Assembly: GCA_976226885.1 (NCBI GenBank)
Contig: OZ320318.1
Coordinates: 83,142,001-83,206,000 of the forward strand
From: Iphione sp. A-MEVVRFRX5
Taxonomy: Eukaryota
Length of the DNA stretch: 64,000 nt
Reading direction: 5' to 3'
This document shows positions 13,681 through 28,505 of this stretch, piece after piece. The stretch's first letter is position 1; each line of letters starts with the position of its first letter. A program made the translations under genes and the position numbers. The notes beneath the pieces are model-generated. The model was not told where the DNA came from. It did not search any database and was given only the letters and a program-made list of their open reading frames with translations.

Positions 13681-15409
13681 GCATCAGGTGAAAATACAAT
13701 AAACTATGTGACATTCACCAGTTTTCATACTTTTTCCAGTGAAAATCACCAGTTTATATACTTTTTCCAGTGACATTCACCAGTTTTTGTACCTTTTTCC
13801 AGTGAAAATCACAAGTTTTTATACTTTTTCCCATGAAAATCACCAGTAGTAATGAATAATCGGAATTGAGTTCATTGACTACAGCCAGCCGGTATGAATA
13901 ATCACCAACATTCATTCGCAAAGACAGCTGTCCTGCATTGTGCATCGTACATACAGCTGTGCATCTTACTCTGAGGGCCCTTACATTTGTGCAGTGCATA
14001 TGGGATGGACAGAAAGAAATGTATAGGGTTGCTTCCATGCTTCTATTGCATTGGTGTATTTCAGTGCATGAGCATGATGGTGCATTGTTCATTTTTTTGA
14101 GAATTGCTCATCATTTTCACATAATAACATGTTTGCATATTCCAATACATCAGTTGTGTATGCAAGATAACGTTACGAGCAGACTCTATGTGTGTGTGTC
14201 TCTCTCTGTGTGTTTCAGTTTATTCCTGTCATCAAAATACAGGGAATATTGTGGCGGTTAGGTTAAAAACATTTTAATGAATAAAAATACAGAGAATTGT
14301 GCTGGAGTCTAAGCTGACGATTTCCTTAATTCTTGAAAATAGAAGAATTTGTACTGAAGGGCTACAATTTAGTCCAAAGATCCTGTGAGTGACATGGCAC
14401 CTCAAAGAGGAAGAATGACACATTCATGCACCCCAGCACAAACACCCGCACAAGCGTGTCACTCTTTCTATGCCTATTATTTGCACGTCTGTTGTCTCAC
14501 TGGATTCCATACCTTGCCCCGAATGCTTCTCGCTTTCCATATGCCTACCTTTTACATGTGCATGGATTCCCCAAAGTAAAACAGTAACATGAACTTATGG
14601 CAGATTTATTGCGAGATCAGTTTAAAAAAAAGAGAACAATGAGATGTGCACATGCCACTTAGTATCCCAATTATTACATCATGTAGTACGTCCCTGTGGC
14701 TTAAGATGATTGTTTGTCCGTTTACTGGTATAAATTGGCAATGCTCTAATCATTCTACTTATAGTATCAACAGGTACTCATTACCAACAGATTGCTCTCA
14801 TCAAGTTGAGAGTTGCAAGCCTGGAATGGATAAGGCAGATACAATTTTGTCATTGTACAGAGTGTCACGTAATTCGGGACAGATTAATTATGAGGGTGAG
14901 GCTTAAGGAATGACAGTTATTATAACTTACTAATCTATTGCTTCAGTTTATTAGTTGCTATCCTATGTTGGTTGTACATTTTAGTGGCCACACCCCTATT
15001 TGCCATAATATTTACAAATCGTATTGAAAGTGAGCCAACTACATGTACATTGAAAAATGTATATATAACGATGGTGTGGTTTGGTTCATCTCCTTGCCCT
15101 TTTTTTGAGATACTCGCTCATGTGTTTTGATTTCATCATCTATTTTGTAATACAGATAGATGTCTCTGGGTCAAAAACTGAAATGAAAAATGTTCGTATT
15201 TCCCTATCAAAATATGACCGAAAAACAGTTTGTTTACATTTATATACACTAGTAGGTAAACATTATTGTAATCAACATGATGTATTTAATTCCCTGTACC
15301 TATCATATAACCTACACGTCTGTGGTAGATATAGGTTAACCGATTGCTTTTGGTTAACAAAACAAGTTAAAAACATTTCAACAACTGTCAAATCTCATAT
15401 ACCTGACTA

Positions 15410-15517
15410 AGGCCTGTTTTCCATGTGTATGTTTTTTCCATACTCCGTACTGGTGCGGATAAATGGCCGATTTTCCAGAAAATCATGGAGACCCAGTTTC
15501 CATGCCTCTGGGATTGA

Positions 15518-15557
<40 letters not shown>

Positions 15558-16060
15558 CTCTCTCTCTCGCTCTCTCTCTCTCTGTCTCTCTCTCTTGAGA
15601 GTGAGAGTGTGTGTGTTTTGTTTTGTGTGTCTTTTGTGCCGATTAGAAAAAATTACACTCAATTTTGTCAAAACTGTGTGTCTTTTGTGCTGATCAGAAA
15701 GAGTTACACCCAATTCTGTCAAAACTATGTGTCTTTTGTGCTGATCAGAAACAGTTATGCTCAGTTCATTATTTTTATGCATATTATTTGCAAATTAAAA
15801 AATATTTCGTATAATCTATCATATGATAGACTGTGGCTATCCCAATGAATACCCCCATCTCTCTATTTTCTTGACATCTGGCTATCCGGAGCCCGGAGAA
15901 CATGTAAAATTACAGACATTGTCCATTTTGTATCTCCACACCATGCACCACGCACCCAGACACATGGAAACAACCCTGTAGTTTGACATAGAATCTTTAT
16001 TTTCCACACCACATTGTCTGTGGTGCTGAAAGAAATTCCGCACACATGGAAACCAGGCCT
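15410..16060. mobile_element. MITE, PIF/Harbinger-like termini, with an internal (CT)n tract
   Basis: TIRs AGGCCTGTTTTCCATGTGT / ACACATGGAAACCAGGCCT (1 mismatch), TA on both flanks. Confidence 0.7.
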
Positions 16061-16797
16061 TAATCACTGGCAGCAGAAAATGTCTGTTACAGTGGGATCA
16101 GTGTATATATTTGGATGCTTTCCTCCTTCAACGTTTTCTGTATAAACGTTACGAGTGTATAAACGTATTATTTTATAAATCACTAAAGAAAACATAGAAT
16201 ACCCTATACACAAAAAGGTTAAAAATAAAAGCATAGATATACACATGTAAATACGAAGGCAGAAGAGCATCCAAACTCAGACAAGAGTACCGTAGTGTAA
16301 GATTCAGAGTAGAAACCAACCTATTATGTCTCTCCAACAGATTGCCTGTATGAAGCGTGTTAAGGATTAAATGTTTTCCATGCACTCGCAGAGATCACAG
16401 CGTGTTGTCCTCACTGGATCTATGTTGGAGTAATGTGACAACATGTTCTCTTGGCGAAAGGTGCCACTGTGATAAAATTCTCTGCGTGTCTGACAGAACG
16501 GACAGCCAAAACATACGGTACACTCCGTTCACGTAGCCACAGCAAGCGTGGGTTCTCGTCAGCTATTCTTTATAAAGGGGCGCACCAAATTATGGTATGT
16601 TTCACCTCTGTAGCATGATTTACAAATAGATAGAGAGCACTACGCATTCTACAATAGCAGGGCAGTAAAGGCCTATCCCTCTATATGGATAGTCATTGCG
16701 AAATCAAAACAAATAAGTGTTGGTGTGATAATGCTCAGCAAGAGAGATAAATGGAGCCTCTTACTAGCCATTGGTTGTCACCATGGTTAACAAACTT

Positions 16798-17101
16798 AGG
16801 CCTAAACAAAAAATATCTACACGTCTTTCCCCGTCACCCGAACGACCCTGATTTTGATCCAAATGAAACTTTTTATTTTTGAATTAAGACAGAGACACAT
16901 GTACGACGCCATTGTATTTCTTGCATTAGTAGCTTGCATTTGATATTATGTTTCATTAAGATCTGAACAGTGTAAGTGGTATTAACATATACATTTTTGC
17001 TTCCAGGACCTTTTAACATTGATAAAAATAAATGAAATACTACCTGCTGACCGACCCTGTATTTTTCAGCATGTTACCGGAAACAGATATGATTTAGGCC
17101 T
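16798..17101. mobile_element. Probable degenerate MITE
   Basis: AGGCCTAAA at the left end and TTTAGGCCT at the right end; internal CGACCC motifs near both ends. TIR similarity is short. Confidence 0.4.
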
Positions 17102-20100
17102 CAGCACTGCGAACGTTTTCTCCATAAATGCATATGTACTGGTGGAGGAAGGCTAGATATAGTTCTATCAATTTCATACCAGTATTGATTGTCTGAAGGA
17201 GGAAAACACATGGAGGAGGTGCAAACTCTTCAATGAGTAGCTATCCCTTTGAAAGGCTGGAGCCAGGGGAATGACAAGGAGCACATTGGTGAGGCACTAG
17301 GGCCCGTTTCACATGTATCTGTAAAAAAATCCATCCATGGGTCCATATCCATAGAAAACATCCTGTGGATCCATTTTTGTATGGATACCAGATGTCTTTT
17401 TAACATTGCTTCCTATGGGAACTGGATGGGTATCTGTAAAATATAATCCGTCGGCGACAGATTCAGAAAATGGATACATGTCAGTATCCGTTTTAAAGCA
17501 GAAGCATGTGATAGAGATTAGTATAACTGCTATGGTTGGGAGAAAAACGTCTATGGATACATGCATACACGTTTTTGAAGGAAAAAAGATGCATGTGAAC
17601 ACCCCCTTACTCCTCAATCAAAAGCTAACCCTTTGAAGGAGGATAGGTTAAGGAATGAGAAGCATTCGTTTTTTGAGCACAAATATAAGGTATTCTTTTA
17701 CCAAGGAAGAGTATTCAGATTCGGATTTCCGGTTATTTCAGTTGTCTGAGTATGTATATAGTGAAATATGATTTGATCCTGGAAAATTTGTTCGGAAAAT
17801 GGATTTGTCAGTTTTCGAATGTGTAGATCTCAAGTCCCTACGGTATAACTCCCTTATTCTCTATTACACGTACCTGCATTCATTCCACCTGTTCCTCAAC
17901 TTTACTAGTAGTACTTCTGTATCACCAGATGGTTACTTATTAATTGCTTCTGCTCTATAAACATACCATGTTGTCCATGACAATCAGGCCAAATGTTGTC
18001 CCGCTGTGTCCTCATACAGTTATTATAACATTATATTGATTAATATCACTGCTGTGTCTGCCAAAGCCACAACAATGGCTGTCTGAGATTATCTGATTAA
18101 TAGGCAACGTATTAACCTATTTATGTCACATTTTGGTCTTTCACTCACTTGTGAATAATTCTCTCCTGTGAGGGGACACGTCTGCAACCCTGTCCTTATA
18201 TACACCTCCCCTCTGCTACATTGCTACCTCCACTGCCTCTGCAAATCCCTCCGCTGTCTCTCCTGATCAACAATCCCTGCCACTCCCCTTCCTGTAACTA
18301 TGCCCTCTAACACTCTGCTACCCACCCCTCCGCCATGCTACAATGTTTTAGCTCAATCTTTAATAGAGATTCGTGCAAATCATACTAAACCAGGGGTTCT
18401 TAACCCCTATGAATTGTGGCCCAAACTTGGGTCGCCGTACGAGTATTATTAGTATAGATTGACATGGACCTCATAGAAGTTTCTTTTTGCCTTTATCATC
18501 TATATATTGATCATACAAGTGAGGATAGTCCGTCGGCGCCATGGCCATAGTTTGAGTCATATGTGGAAGGGGTTAAGAGCCCATGGACGAAACGGTATGC
18601 CAGCTTGAACGGATCAGTGAAATGTAGTTCTTAAAAGTAACACCAGAGGGTCGAACAGATAAATTTACTGATCACGTAAGTGCCAAAGTACATAATACGA
18701 AACGGGTCTAAAAACAAGAATCAGATCAACTTGTTGCTGATCTGGGGAAAATGTTATATTTTTCGACAAAAAAGGTTTCACTCTGGCCACTTTGAGTCAT
18801 ACGAATGGTTAAGAGAATTTAAAAAATATATTGTACACAGAGAAAACAGCTTGGAGCTGTCCTCACCAAATCAGAGAAATTTCAACCATGGGAATATATA
18901 TTTGAATCAATTTTAACCGTATACTGTTAATTTCTTTCTTTCTTTTTATTGTTGTTTCCTTTTTACCTAACTCTCGTTTAAGCAAAACGCTAAAAAAAAG
19001 CTCCGCTTTTACTGTTACCCAAGTATCTGTATTAAGAAATAAACTAGCAGGTGCCTTTAGAAAGTCAAAGTGCATGATTTACGTTGTACGATGGATGTCC
19101 AACCTTGATTATAAAATACACTACATGTACATGTATTAATTTCCAGTAGGCCCATAGTTCCATTCCAAAACTATGTGTATGCATTGAATCTGATTCTTGT
19201 CCATTTCATGAAATAAGCAGGACAATTTATCTTTTTCACATGACTTTGAACAATCAGGCAAAAGACCTGTTGGGTCGGGTAATGTTCAAGCATTTTAACT
19301 TGTTTATAGTGTATAATATGCAGTAGACATCACCTTGTTAATATCGCTTGATTAACATTTGCAGTAGGATTTTTTTTCTCTGTGGTAGGTACGGCCATTA
19401 TCCATGGCTACTACACTTACTACAGTAACACCTTTAAATGTTGCTAAAACGGAGAGTTGGTTGAGCATGGTTTTAAGTTTCAAATAGCTTATGACCAAAT
19501 TGCTACCTTAGATGCTTTAGATTCTCTTTCTCCAGTTGTTATCTCGCTTAATGGTCACTGGCTGACTGGAACCAAGGGTGACCTCTTTGGAGAGTTCCCA
19601 CTGTATCTGTTAAAGAAATGTACCTCGGAAAAAAAATGTCATCAAATAAAGAGTTCAATTCTGTGGTGGAAATCTAAAAAGGAATTATGACTACGACATT
19701 CCTTTCGTTTGACAGGCGTTTTATGTCCTATAAAAATCTTTAATGATTGGTTACATGAGGGGTATTGGCTCCTCTTGCTACTTTAACACAAGAATGGGGT
19801 ATCGGTTTCAAGGTCCACTTCGCTCCTAGAACTGTCACGGGGAACTATTTATAATTAGAGGAAATAAAACATATATATTCTGTATGCTAAGATCATCTCC
19901 ATTTGTCTCACTGCTATGGCCCGATACTAGTTGACGTTTCGCAGTATGGCGACAGGGATATAGTTTGGGAACAGGTCAAGCAGGGGACAGTGTATAGCCA
20001 AGTACTCCTTCTATAATGCCTCAAACCCAATATGAGCCGGCAGTGTGATCACTAAAAAATACCATAGGATCATTTTTACATAGTTATCCTCTTTTAAGGG

Positions 20101-21468
20101 TGACGGTCTGAAACTATTGTTTGGAATAAATTTGATGAGTACTACAAGCATGTAAAAATTAAAGAAAATACATACATTTTGTAAGTTGTTTCACTCAAGT
20201 ATTATAGTTTATTCAGAATGAATAGGAATAAGCTGACCTCCTCAGGCTTTCCGTTCAAAAATATATAAATACAATTAAACTAAGTTTTGAATTCAGCTTG
20301 TGGACATACATATTAGGAAACTAGATAACTTTACAAATAACTAAAACAAACCATTTGTTTGAAAATTTTTAATTTGTTTTCTATCTTTGATGTACAATGT
20401 ATATGACAGTTCAGTTTTTAGGGGCATGAATACTCATTCTAGAATTAGGCTCATTTAGCAATATTTATATACATTTCGAAATAATTATAAGGCGTGTAAA
20501 GATTGCGTGCCTGTATAATGATGACTCCCCATACAACGATAAAGTCTTAGACATATATTCGTAAACCTCTTCGGAATGGCCCTATAACTTTGAGGTGGAA
20601 ACCTCCCTTTTAGTATGGGTAATTAATATACAGCAATGTTGGCAGTGCTTCTTCTTCTTCTTGTTATCCCGACCAGCAGGCGAAAGACAGATTTAAAGGT
20701 TCCCTTTCTCAACAATTAGTTGGAACAATGAGGAAATTAAATAGAAAGGTCATGAAATCCCTGTAAATAACAAGTACAGTTACATATGGAAGACTGATAT
20801 GAAAGTATTAATTGAGTATGCAGGATGGTCGGAAGTCATATAATATCGTGAATATACTTGAGATTTCTCCTCAGGGTAATCAAAATATAATGTCCTCTCT
20901 CTAAATAATGAGTACACTCTAACATAAGAAGTTGCTAGGAGATGAGGGCAATGTACATGTGCTAAAGATGAATAGAAAATATCTACAACTTACAACTATC
21001 ACTTCTTTACCTGCTTCTTTCTCTTACTCGTAACAATTTGGCAGACCTATTTCTTTCTTGCTGGTGTTCAGTGAATATTACATTTATGCAGATGATACAG
21101 TCGGTATATGTACTTGTGTAGTTTTTTCCCCACTGGATTAGATACATTTGCAGTCGGTATTCCTAGAACAGCACCTTTGAAAAACAGCTTGTGCTCAATT
21201 GTACAACATCTGGGATACTTCAAGCTGAAGTGTGCGAGCTATACAAAAATACAACCTATTAAAGGCCTATTTAGGACACAACAGGCCTGTACCCAAGAGT
21301 GTATCGGAGGTATTGTCTGATACCTCCCCACACAATTCCCTGGCTGCAGGTCTGTGCAAGATACTTTTAATGCAATGGACTGTATAAAATACCCACGTCG
21401 ATTTGAACACGAACGCCAAGGTATTATATCACACCAACAATTATAACCTAACGATATTCATATTAAGC

Positions 21469-21653
21469 CTAGAAGTGCGACTCGTCCATCATTGGATCTT
21501 CCAGTATGCACGCGCAGCAGGCTTTTCTGCACACCCGGAAGAGCAGACCGGAAGCGAAGATGACGTTCACGACCATCATTAAGAAGTAGACGCCAGTGAA
21601 CGTCAAGGACGTAATGGCTTGATTGCGACTTGCGGTGTCTTTATCGGTGAACT
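21469..21653 (-). CDS. MS4A-like gene exon 8 (TM8 plus Cys-rich tail, stop)
   Basis: ttttcaacag|FTDKDTASRNQAITSLTFTGVYFLMMVVNVIFASGLLFRVCRKACCACILEDPMMDESHF*, phase 1 start matching exon 7. Confidence 0.8.
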
Positions 21654-22351
21654 CTGTTGAAAATTGTGAAAAAAAAAACGTATCTGCATCAGAAAACTGA
21701 AACTTTGAACCCAAATGAACATGTTATCTTTAACTGATAACTGAAACTTTGGCCATGTTTTCTGAAAACCCGTTAGTGAGTACAATTGTTAGAAGCAGCA
21801 TATATGGCCCAAAGATGAATAACGTCTGTCGTCTGGACTGAGATTGGGTCGTTAACTTCCATGATAAAAGCTGGATGATCAAGTGCCAAACTAGCAAATG
21901 AAGAAATTGTTTTACATATTATGTCCCAAAAAGGTTTGGCTATAGCAGGAAAAAGCCATGCTTTAAGTCTAGAGCAAAGAAAAGTCGAATGCCTGCCAAC
22001 AACCACTTTTATTTTGTAAATAGCGCTACCTTGCTATCAAGTAGACAGAATTTTCTAGAAGTACTACTGCTATATAACGCATGTAATGAAGACTATTTCC
22101 CATAGTGGGTTTGCCAGTGTCTTGATAGTATTTTCAGCTAGTCAGCATAACAAAATGTCTGCGACAAATCAAGAAAACGTATTCTATGCGGACACAGACT
22201 GGGTCAGACGGGGTTGTCTTTAGAGGCACAGCTCAGACCTGGATAAAATTAAAAGGTGCACGAAGGTACATTTACACGTGTATATATATATAGGGAATAC
22301 ATGTCCCTCATGCCCGATCCTCCAAGATGAACTCCACCACAGTAGGTTTAC

Positions 22352-22702
22352 CAGAGGTGTAGGAAGTAAAATTAAAGTGGGGTGGCCAAGTTTGAGTCGA
22401 GGCCTGAAGGGCCGAGGTGCAGCTTATGCTGCCTTAAAAAAAATTTTGAATGGATTTTTGATTACTAAAACTGCAATCTGAAGAGCTTTAAATTGTAAAT
22501 ATTTGATCTTTTTTCTTTTTTTTATGATTTTTTTTTGTGTTTGCTATAATCTGTATAATATTTTTTATAATATTATATTATGAAAATATTATACACAAAC
22601 ATGCACACAAAAAGTGGGGGGGCCAAACCACATGATGGCCCCTCCACTTTCTTAAGTGGGGGGGCCATGGCCCCCCTGGCCCCCCCGCTTCCTACGCCAC
22701 TG
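22352..22702. mobile_element. MITE in an intron, same type as 5144-5316
   Basis: TIRs CAGAGGTGTAGGAAG / CTTCCTACGCCACTG (2 mismatches), 5-bp TSD TTTAC on both sides. Ends 24 bp from a splice donor. Confidence 0.75.
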
Positions 22703-22726
22703 TTTACTCATATTGTCTAAACTTAC

Positions 22727-22817
22727 CTAAGTCCTCCACGAGAGCCAGTGTGAGTATGACGGTGGCGGCACCACACAGGATCAGAGCCAAAGTCTCCAAT
22801 ATGAATGCCAGTATACC
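22727..22817 (-). CDS. MS4A-like gene exon 7 (TM7)
   Basis: cctgcag|GILAFILETLALILCGAATVILTLALVEDL|gtaagt, phase 0-1. Confidence 0.8.
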
Positions 22818-24078
22818 CTGCAGGTTTGAAACAAACCATGATTAGAACACAAGGCTGAGAACAGTTCTAAATGTGCTGGCTGTGGTGCTGACTGAAGATA
22901 TATTAGTTTGATCAGTAGATCCCATATATAAACCCCTAAGAGATGTGGGTGTTAATTACATCTGACCAAAAATTATATTAACAACAGCGCTGGAAAAGTG
23001 TATTTTCCCTCGCCTGAACATACTTAAAGAATCACAGGACCTCTAATCTCATCTTAAGTTCTTCCTATTTTTACCAAAACCAGGCACGAGCAAGGTCCAC
23101 TAAGAAGCAGGGAGTTTGTAGTTGTCAGTCTTACACATAATGGTTCAAAAGTTGCTTGATGAGCCTGAGGAATGCTTATACAGTTTGACATTTCTAGGGT
23201 CTCTCAAATGTGGGGGAACAACCAGAAAGGAATAAGATATTCAGTGGCGGGATAAACAATTGCCTAGGCAGTGAAATAACTAATTTATTCATTCGAATAT
23301 GCAACTGGCCATAAAGACATACGACATGCAACCAGTTGGTTTTTCTTGATAATTTGATCTTCGAAATGCTGCTTTGTCTGGCAATATTTTCTTGGAAACT
23401 GATGTTGCAGTCCTCATATATAGCGTAACCGGACAACATGCAAAAGCTACTTCATTTAATTTCCTCAAAGTCTATTTTAGAATTCACGTATATTCGGAGC
23501 ACGTCTTTTTAGTACATGTATATCAGTGGGAAAACAAAGTCACGGATTTTCCAATATATGTAATCTGTTCTTTTCTACAAATTCTAACCAATTTAAGTTT
23601 ACTTTCATTATTTGAAGCAGACGTTGTACAGGGGTGCCTAATTGAGTGCTAACTTTGGGGCCAACAGTTACACCCACTGCCCACAGTTAGGTGCTTAGAA
23701 GGTAAACAACCTGCTTGTTGTCCAAGGCTTTATCCATTCATTTGTTGAATCTCACAGTTTAAGAACTACACAACCAAACTTCACCAAACTGACAGGGAAT
23801 GATCTTCAATGTGTTTAGATATATGTTGATGTGTAAAATCTTATTATTCTATCATCAATATCTTCATGAACATTAACAACTATCATTAAACTGACAAAAG
23901 GGTCGAGCATTGAAGAACATTTTATTACAATGCTAGACACATTTGATGGTCTCATCTTTGCAACTCATAACTCATAATATCAAGAAATGTCATTGGGGGG
24001 CAGTGCGAATGAAGTGATCAGTGAATATCAAAGGTTGTTGATCGATAAAAAAGTTACGGAGAACGGGAGATGACATAC

Positions 24079-24138
24079 CAATGAAATCGCGTCGGGACGT
24101 TTGCCGTAGCAGAAACTGGCGAATCCGGCAACTATGAT
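24079..24138 (-). CDS. MS4A-like gene exon 6 (TM6)
   Basis: tattgcag|IIVAGFASFCYGKRPDAISL|gtatgt, 60 nt, phase 0-0; same size and phase as exon 2. Confidence 0.8.
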
Positions 24139-26333
24139 CTGCAATACAGAAAATAAATACACACTCTGAACAAGTGACTTCCTCCTTTAACATACGTGCA
24201 GTTAAATCTACATAAATCATGAAAACAAAAAAACAACTGCGTTTCATGAAACACCCTACCAAACTACTCCACCCCGCTCATGTGCACCTTGGGCCCCGAT
24301 ATACATGACGGACCGGCTAGAGTTAAATCACTCCTATTGTCTTCACTACGATACGCTCTGAGTAACGACTGTTAAGAACCACAGGGTAGAGGCTCGCTTC
24401 TCAGGTCAACCCACTGTCTTTTTTAAAAACTTTTCTTTAATCCTGGCGGTTAATTTGCCAGGACATAATTAGTAAACAGAGGCTGACGGTCAAGCAACCT
24501 TTTTAATTGTGTTCAATATGTAAATAGCTTCACAGGATGAAGTATTATAATTCATTATTTGCATAAAACAGCTTGGTAAAGAATAAAGTGAGAAATAATT
24601 ACTACTATGGAGTGACGTCTGAGACCAGGGTGTGTATAATATGGCTGCCTGCCAGTACTCACTGCAGGTGATCGCAGGAGGTACATGTCTACGTGTCTTT
24701 TCAAGTCAAGTCAAGTCAAGTAATCTTTATTCACAAGCTCTTTTGGCCCAAGCCAGAGGCCTTACAGTGAATTATAAGGGGAAGAAATTAAATAAAAATA
24801 TCTTATTTTCACTTCCCTTTATGCTAACAGAAAGATCCCCTTCCCATACAATCGAAACTTACCTAAAGACCAACCCACAGGGGGAGACAGAGGGAGAGAC
24901 CAAAATCTTCTAGTCCCAAACTATATTTCTATACTAATAATCAACTCACAGGGGAGACCAACTTAAGAGAGAGAGACCAAAATTGATCGGTCCCAAGCTT
25001 GGTCTCCTACGTGAGTTTCTACTGTAGACGAACTGCGGTTCTGTATAGACAGTTAATGTAGAATCAAGTGATTTATTTTCAGAATAAGAATAGGAATATT
25101 TCATTGACAGTCTCTCACACAGAGTAGAGTTCTTCTGGCGCCAGAACATGTATAAGAAGAGTAGATATGGTGGGACTGATAATACGAACAAATGCAGATC
25201 CTCGAGAGCCTAGGATGATCTCTACACCGAGTTACATAAAGTATGGACGAAACGCAACTTTGCCTAAAAAAATTCAAAGGAGAAGGGTGGGGTACATGTA
25301 CTTGAAACTACAAGGTATTGCAGCGAACAATGTCGCAAATAATGAGTTTTGTCGGTTACCGAGTCCTCCGTTATCGAGGGTATTACTCTGTTTATTAGGG
25401 GTTAATTTCTATCGGTCCAGTGGGCAATTCACGCCTTGCAGTCAAATTCTATTAAAAGTTTTAAAATCGAATTACAGTTACCTAGTTCCCGGCAATCTTC
25501 TTTTTAAATGGTTTATCGCCATGGCGTTTATCATAATATTGATATAAGTATATGATTAGTTCCCGATTGGTTTTACCTCAGAGAACAGACAGATTATCAG
25601 TAATGGGGAGAATATCACTAATTCTAACAATTTAATAGCAGAAAATTACCTTCGTCTGCGAGTGTCTAAAATGGCAACGTTCTGGGATAGGACACTTAAA
25701 TATTGTCCCCCTAGTCCGCGGAGGTTTTGGATAGGTTCTATGTAAGGACGGCTGTGAGAACGTGGACTTGATTATGAAAACAATATCTTGAGGCTTACCT
25801 ATACTTATAGGGTGTCATGTGAAGAAAGAGAGCTGGCAACTTAGGAGAACAGTTTTAAATTGTCTATTTATTGCTTTTAAGCTCGCATAGCTTAATTACA
25901 AACGTTTTTGGAGTCTCTTCAGCCCTTCGTCAGGTGCAGTTGTGAGAGAAACTGTTACATTTTTATACTTTCATTGGCTAGGGTATCCAGGAAGTGGAAT
26001 AAATCGCAATACAATGGAACCTATCTAATGCGGAGAGCAAAGGGACTGAGCATAAACTGTCAATAAAGTGGGATACGTGTCCATAGTAGCAGGATTATTT
26101 GAACATGTAATATACAGATTTGGTTCTGTTTCCAGCCTGTCGCTAATGTGAGGTGTCCTGAATAGAGTGTCCTCCCTAATGAGGGGTTCTACTGTAGTCA
26201 TATACAATGGTTTCGCTAGCTGGAGGTAAACAGTGATAAACTGGTGTGATCGGTGTTAAATATCAACAATGGATTAGAGAGACAAACCAGCTATGACATA
26301 TCACAGGCAATCATAGTATATGTTCGTACTCAC

Positions 26334-26477
26334 CATGCCTCCGGCAATCGCTGGAATTCCATAGACATGAGCGAACTGGGTAAAGGCGATGACAATCAGA
26401 CCGATTAAACAGGCCACCATTCCAAGGATGGCCTGCTCCATGGGGTTGAAGAGTCGAGGGGTGCCTCGGTGGTCACA
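26334..26477 (-). CDS. MS4A-like gene exon 5 (TM5, first TM of the second unit)
   Basis: ttattcacag|CDHRGTPRLFNPMEQAILGMVACLIGLIVIAFTQFAHVYGIPAIAGGM|gtgagt, phase 0-0. Confidence 0.8.
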
Positions 26478-28032
26478 CTGTGAATAAGAGTAGGGTAGTT
26501 TTTTAATCGTCAGACTGCCATCGAAACAAGGATCTACAAGGTCTATTGTTCCCCTGCCTGCCTGCTGTTACATCAAGAGAAACTGACTGTTTCGGTTTGG
26601 GTGAGAACACTCAAAACAAAAAAAGACCTGTTTGCAAGCCATATATATTTCAAAGTCAAATACATCTTAAATTAACTTAAGATGACACCCATATATTCCA
26701 GTCCTAAGCATTCATAGAGCAGTTCGAGTAACATGCTAAAAAATCAGTTTATTCGATGCAGTGGTGTTAAAAGTTATAAGACCCACAAGGTTATGAAGAA
26801 TGGTCAGCAAGTTGGAAAGCAGGTCTCCTCCCCCCAGCCTTCTATAAGATTGGGGACAATAAAGGATAATCATGTGTATTTTTTGGGGGGTATCATCAAG
26901 AGTACAGTACTGTTCTTGATGGGGACGTTGATAAAAAGAGCAAAGAAAGGGGCTTCTCTGTCCAGGATAGCTTTGTTCCATGGTGTTAAACAGGGGAGGA
27001 GGTTTGCTGGCAGTTATATAGTGTGGATGTCACAGAGCCCGCCTTCACCATGCCAAACTGTCTGGTTCAGAGCGGATTGGGCTGACGATAACAGTAATTA
27101 AACATGACAACTCCCCTTTGTGATACGGAAATGCATGCTTTTGATCCAAGAATTCAGACGAGTGGGCTTTGGATGACTGCGTGTTACTGTACATGTAGCA
27201 GTCTGTTTTCAAAACATCATGCATATCAAGCATTTTTCCTCCAGTTGACCTCTCTTACTTTTCCAGGGCCAAACATCTCTCATATTTTTCTCTATGCTTC
27301 TTTATCTATCTGTAACCGTGATACATTTAACTGAAGCATTTCAAAATAATGCTAACATTTGGAGATCGGGGGGGGGGGGCAAAACGTATGCTGTTTAGCT
27401 CGATCCGACATACTACTGAATATGTATATCCATAAATGGCATTTCAAGAAGCGATGTTTTCTGGTTGAGTTCCCAAGCAAAATGACTGCCAAACAGAGAA
27501 GTGGGGGGGGGGTGCACAGAAAATTGCACAGAAATTACTCTGTTTGTACCCTAAAACGAGTCCAATATTCACCACACTTTATCCGGAGGTAAAATCACTG
27601 AGTATGGAAGTAGGTGACAGTTCTGCACTTATATTGGTATCAATATAGGTGGATCTAATCAGTCTGGACAGACAATCTTATGGTTGGAAAGTTGGAAGGC
27701 ACACAACACATTCATTCAGCTCCCCCATCACCAAGGGGAGGAGTGTCCAATACAAAGGAGCATTACATATCAACTGACATGAACTGTGCATCATAGCCAA
27801 ACTCAGGAGTTCCTGTCTGCCGAGCATAAGTACAGTAGCAACTCAACTTTTGGACAACTCAACTTGAGGTCAACTGAGAAATATGCACAAGCTTGGCTGG
27901 TGCCAAAGGGTTATTTACTACAGAATAATTAACCGGGGAATACACAGTTAAAGGCTGAATTGTTTAGCCTCATTGGTGGTCTTGATTCTGAGTTGCTACT
28001 GTACATGTAAAGAGTATGCTTATACTACTCAC

Positions 28033-28189
28033 ATCGCCAGTGACCATATATACAGCATCCCAGTGGTTAGAGATGGCCACTATCGTTGCTGTTATGGAGT
28101 ACAAGCTGATCAAACATAGCACGAGGATCGCCATGTCTAGCCCGATGTTCAGTGGCACTATATTTGTAACCGGCATGTCTCCCACTAAC
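28033..28189 (-). CDS. MS4A-like gene exon 4 (TM4)
   Basis: gttttcag|LVGDMPVTNIVPLNIGLDMAILVLCLISLYSITATIVAISNHWDAVYMVTGD|gtgagt, phase 2-0. Confidence 0.8.
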
Positions 28190-28505
28190 CTGAAAACAAA
28201 CGTTCGGAATTATAACTAAGCATTCATAATTACGTACCTTTTAGTCGTCACTGAATATGAAATTTATCATTGCTTTTGTTAATTTATTACATAATCGGAT
28301 AAATTACCATGAAACTATAGAACTGTCCTGCGGTATTGACTCATCTTGCTCTTTTAAGATGAAACTTGGTCTTTGATCGCATAGGAACCCCCCGCCCGGT
28401 TAAATCCACAAGCAAAGTCCACGAGCTTTTAGCAATAAAATTAGAAAAGGCTCTGCCAAGAGAAACACACATAAATACATCTGGAATCGTTAAGGTAGAA
28501 CTTAC

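Noticed and set aside
21040-21140. RPISFL and YADDT in one frame, resembling LINE reverse-transcriptase motifs
   Set aside because: The motifs are adjacent instead of ~200 aa apart and there is no surrounding ORF; chance or an unrecognisably decayed relic.
25895-25940. CTGACGA...AAAC on the minus strand, resembling a Penelope-type hammerhead ribozyme core
   Set aside because: The GAAA core is altered and stem II does not pair convincingly.
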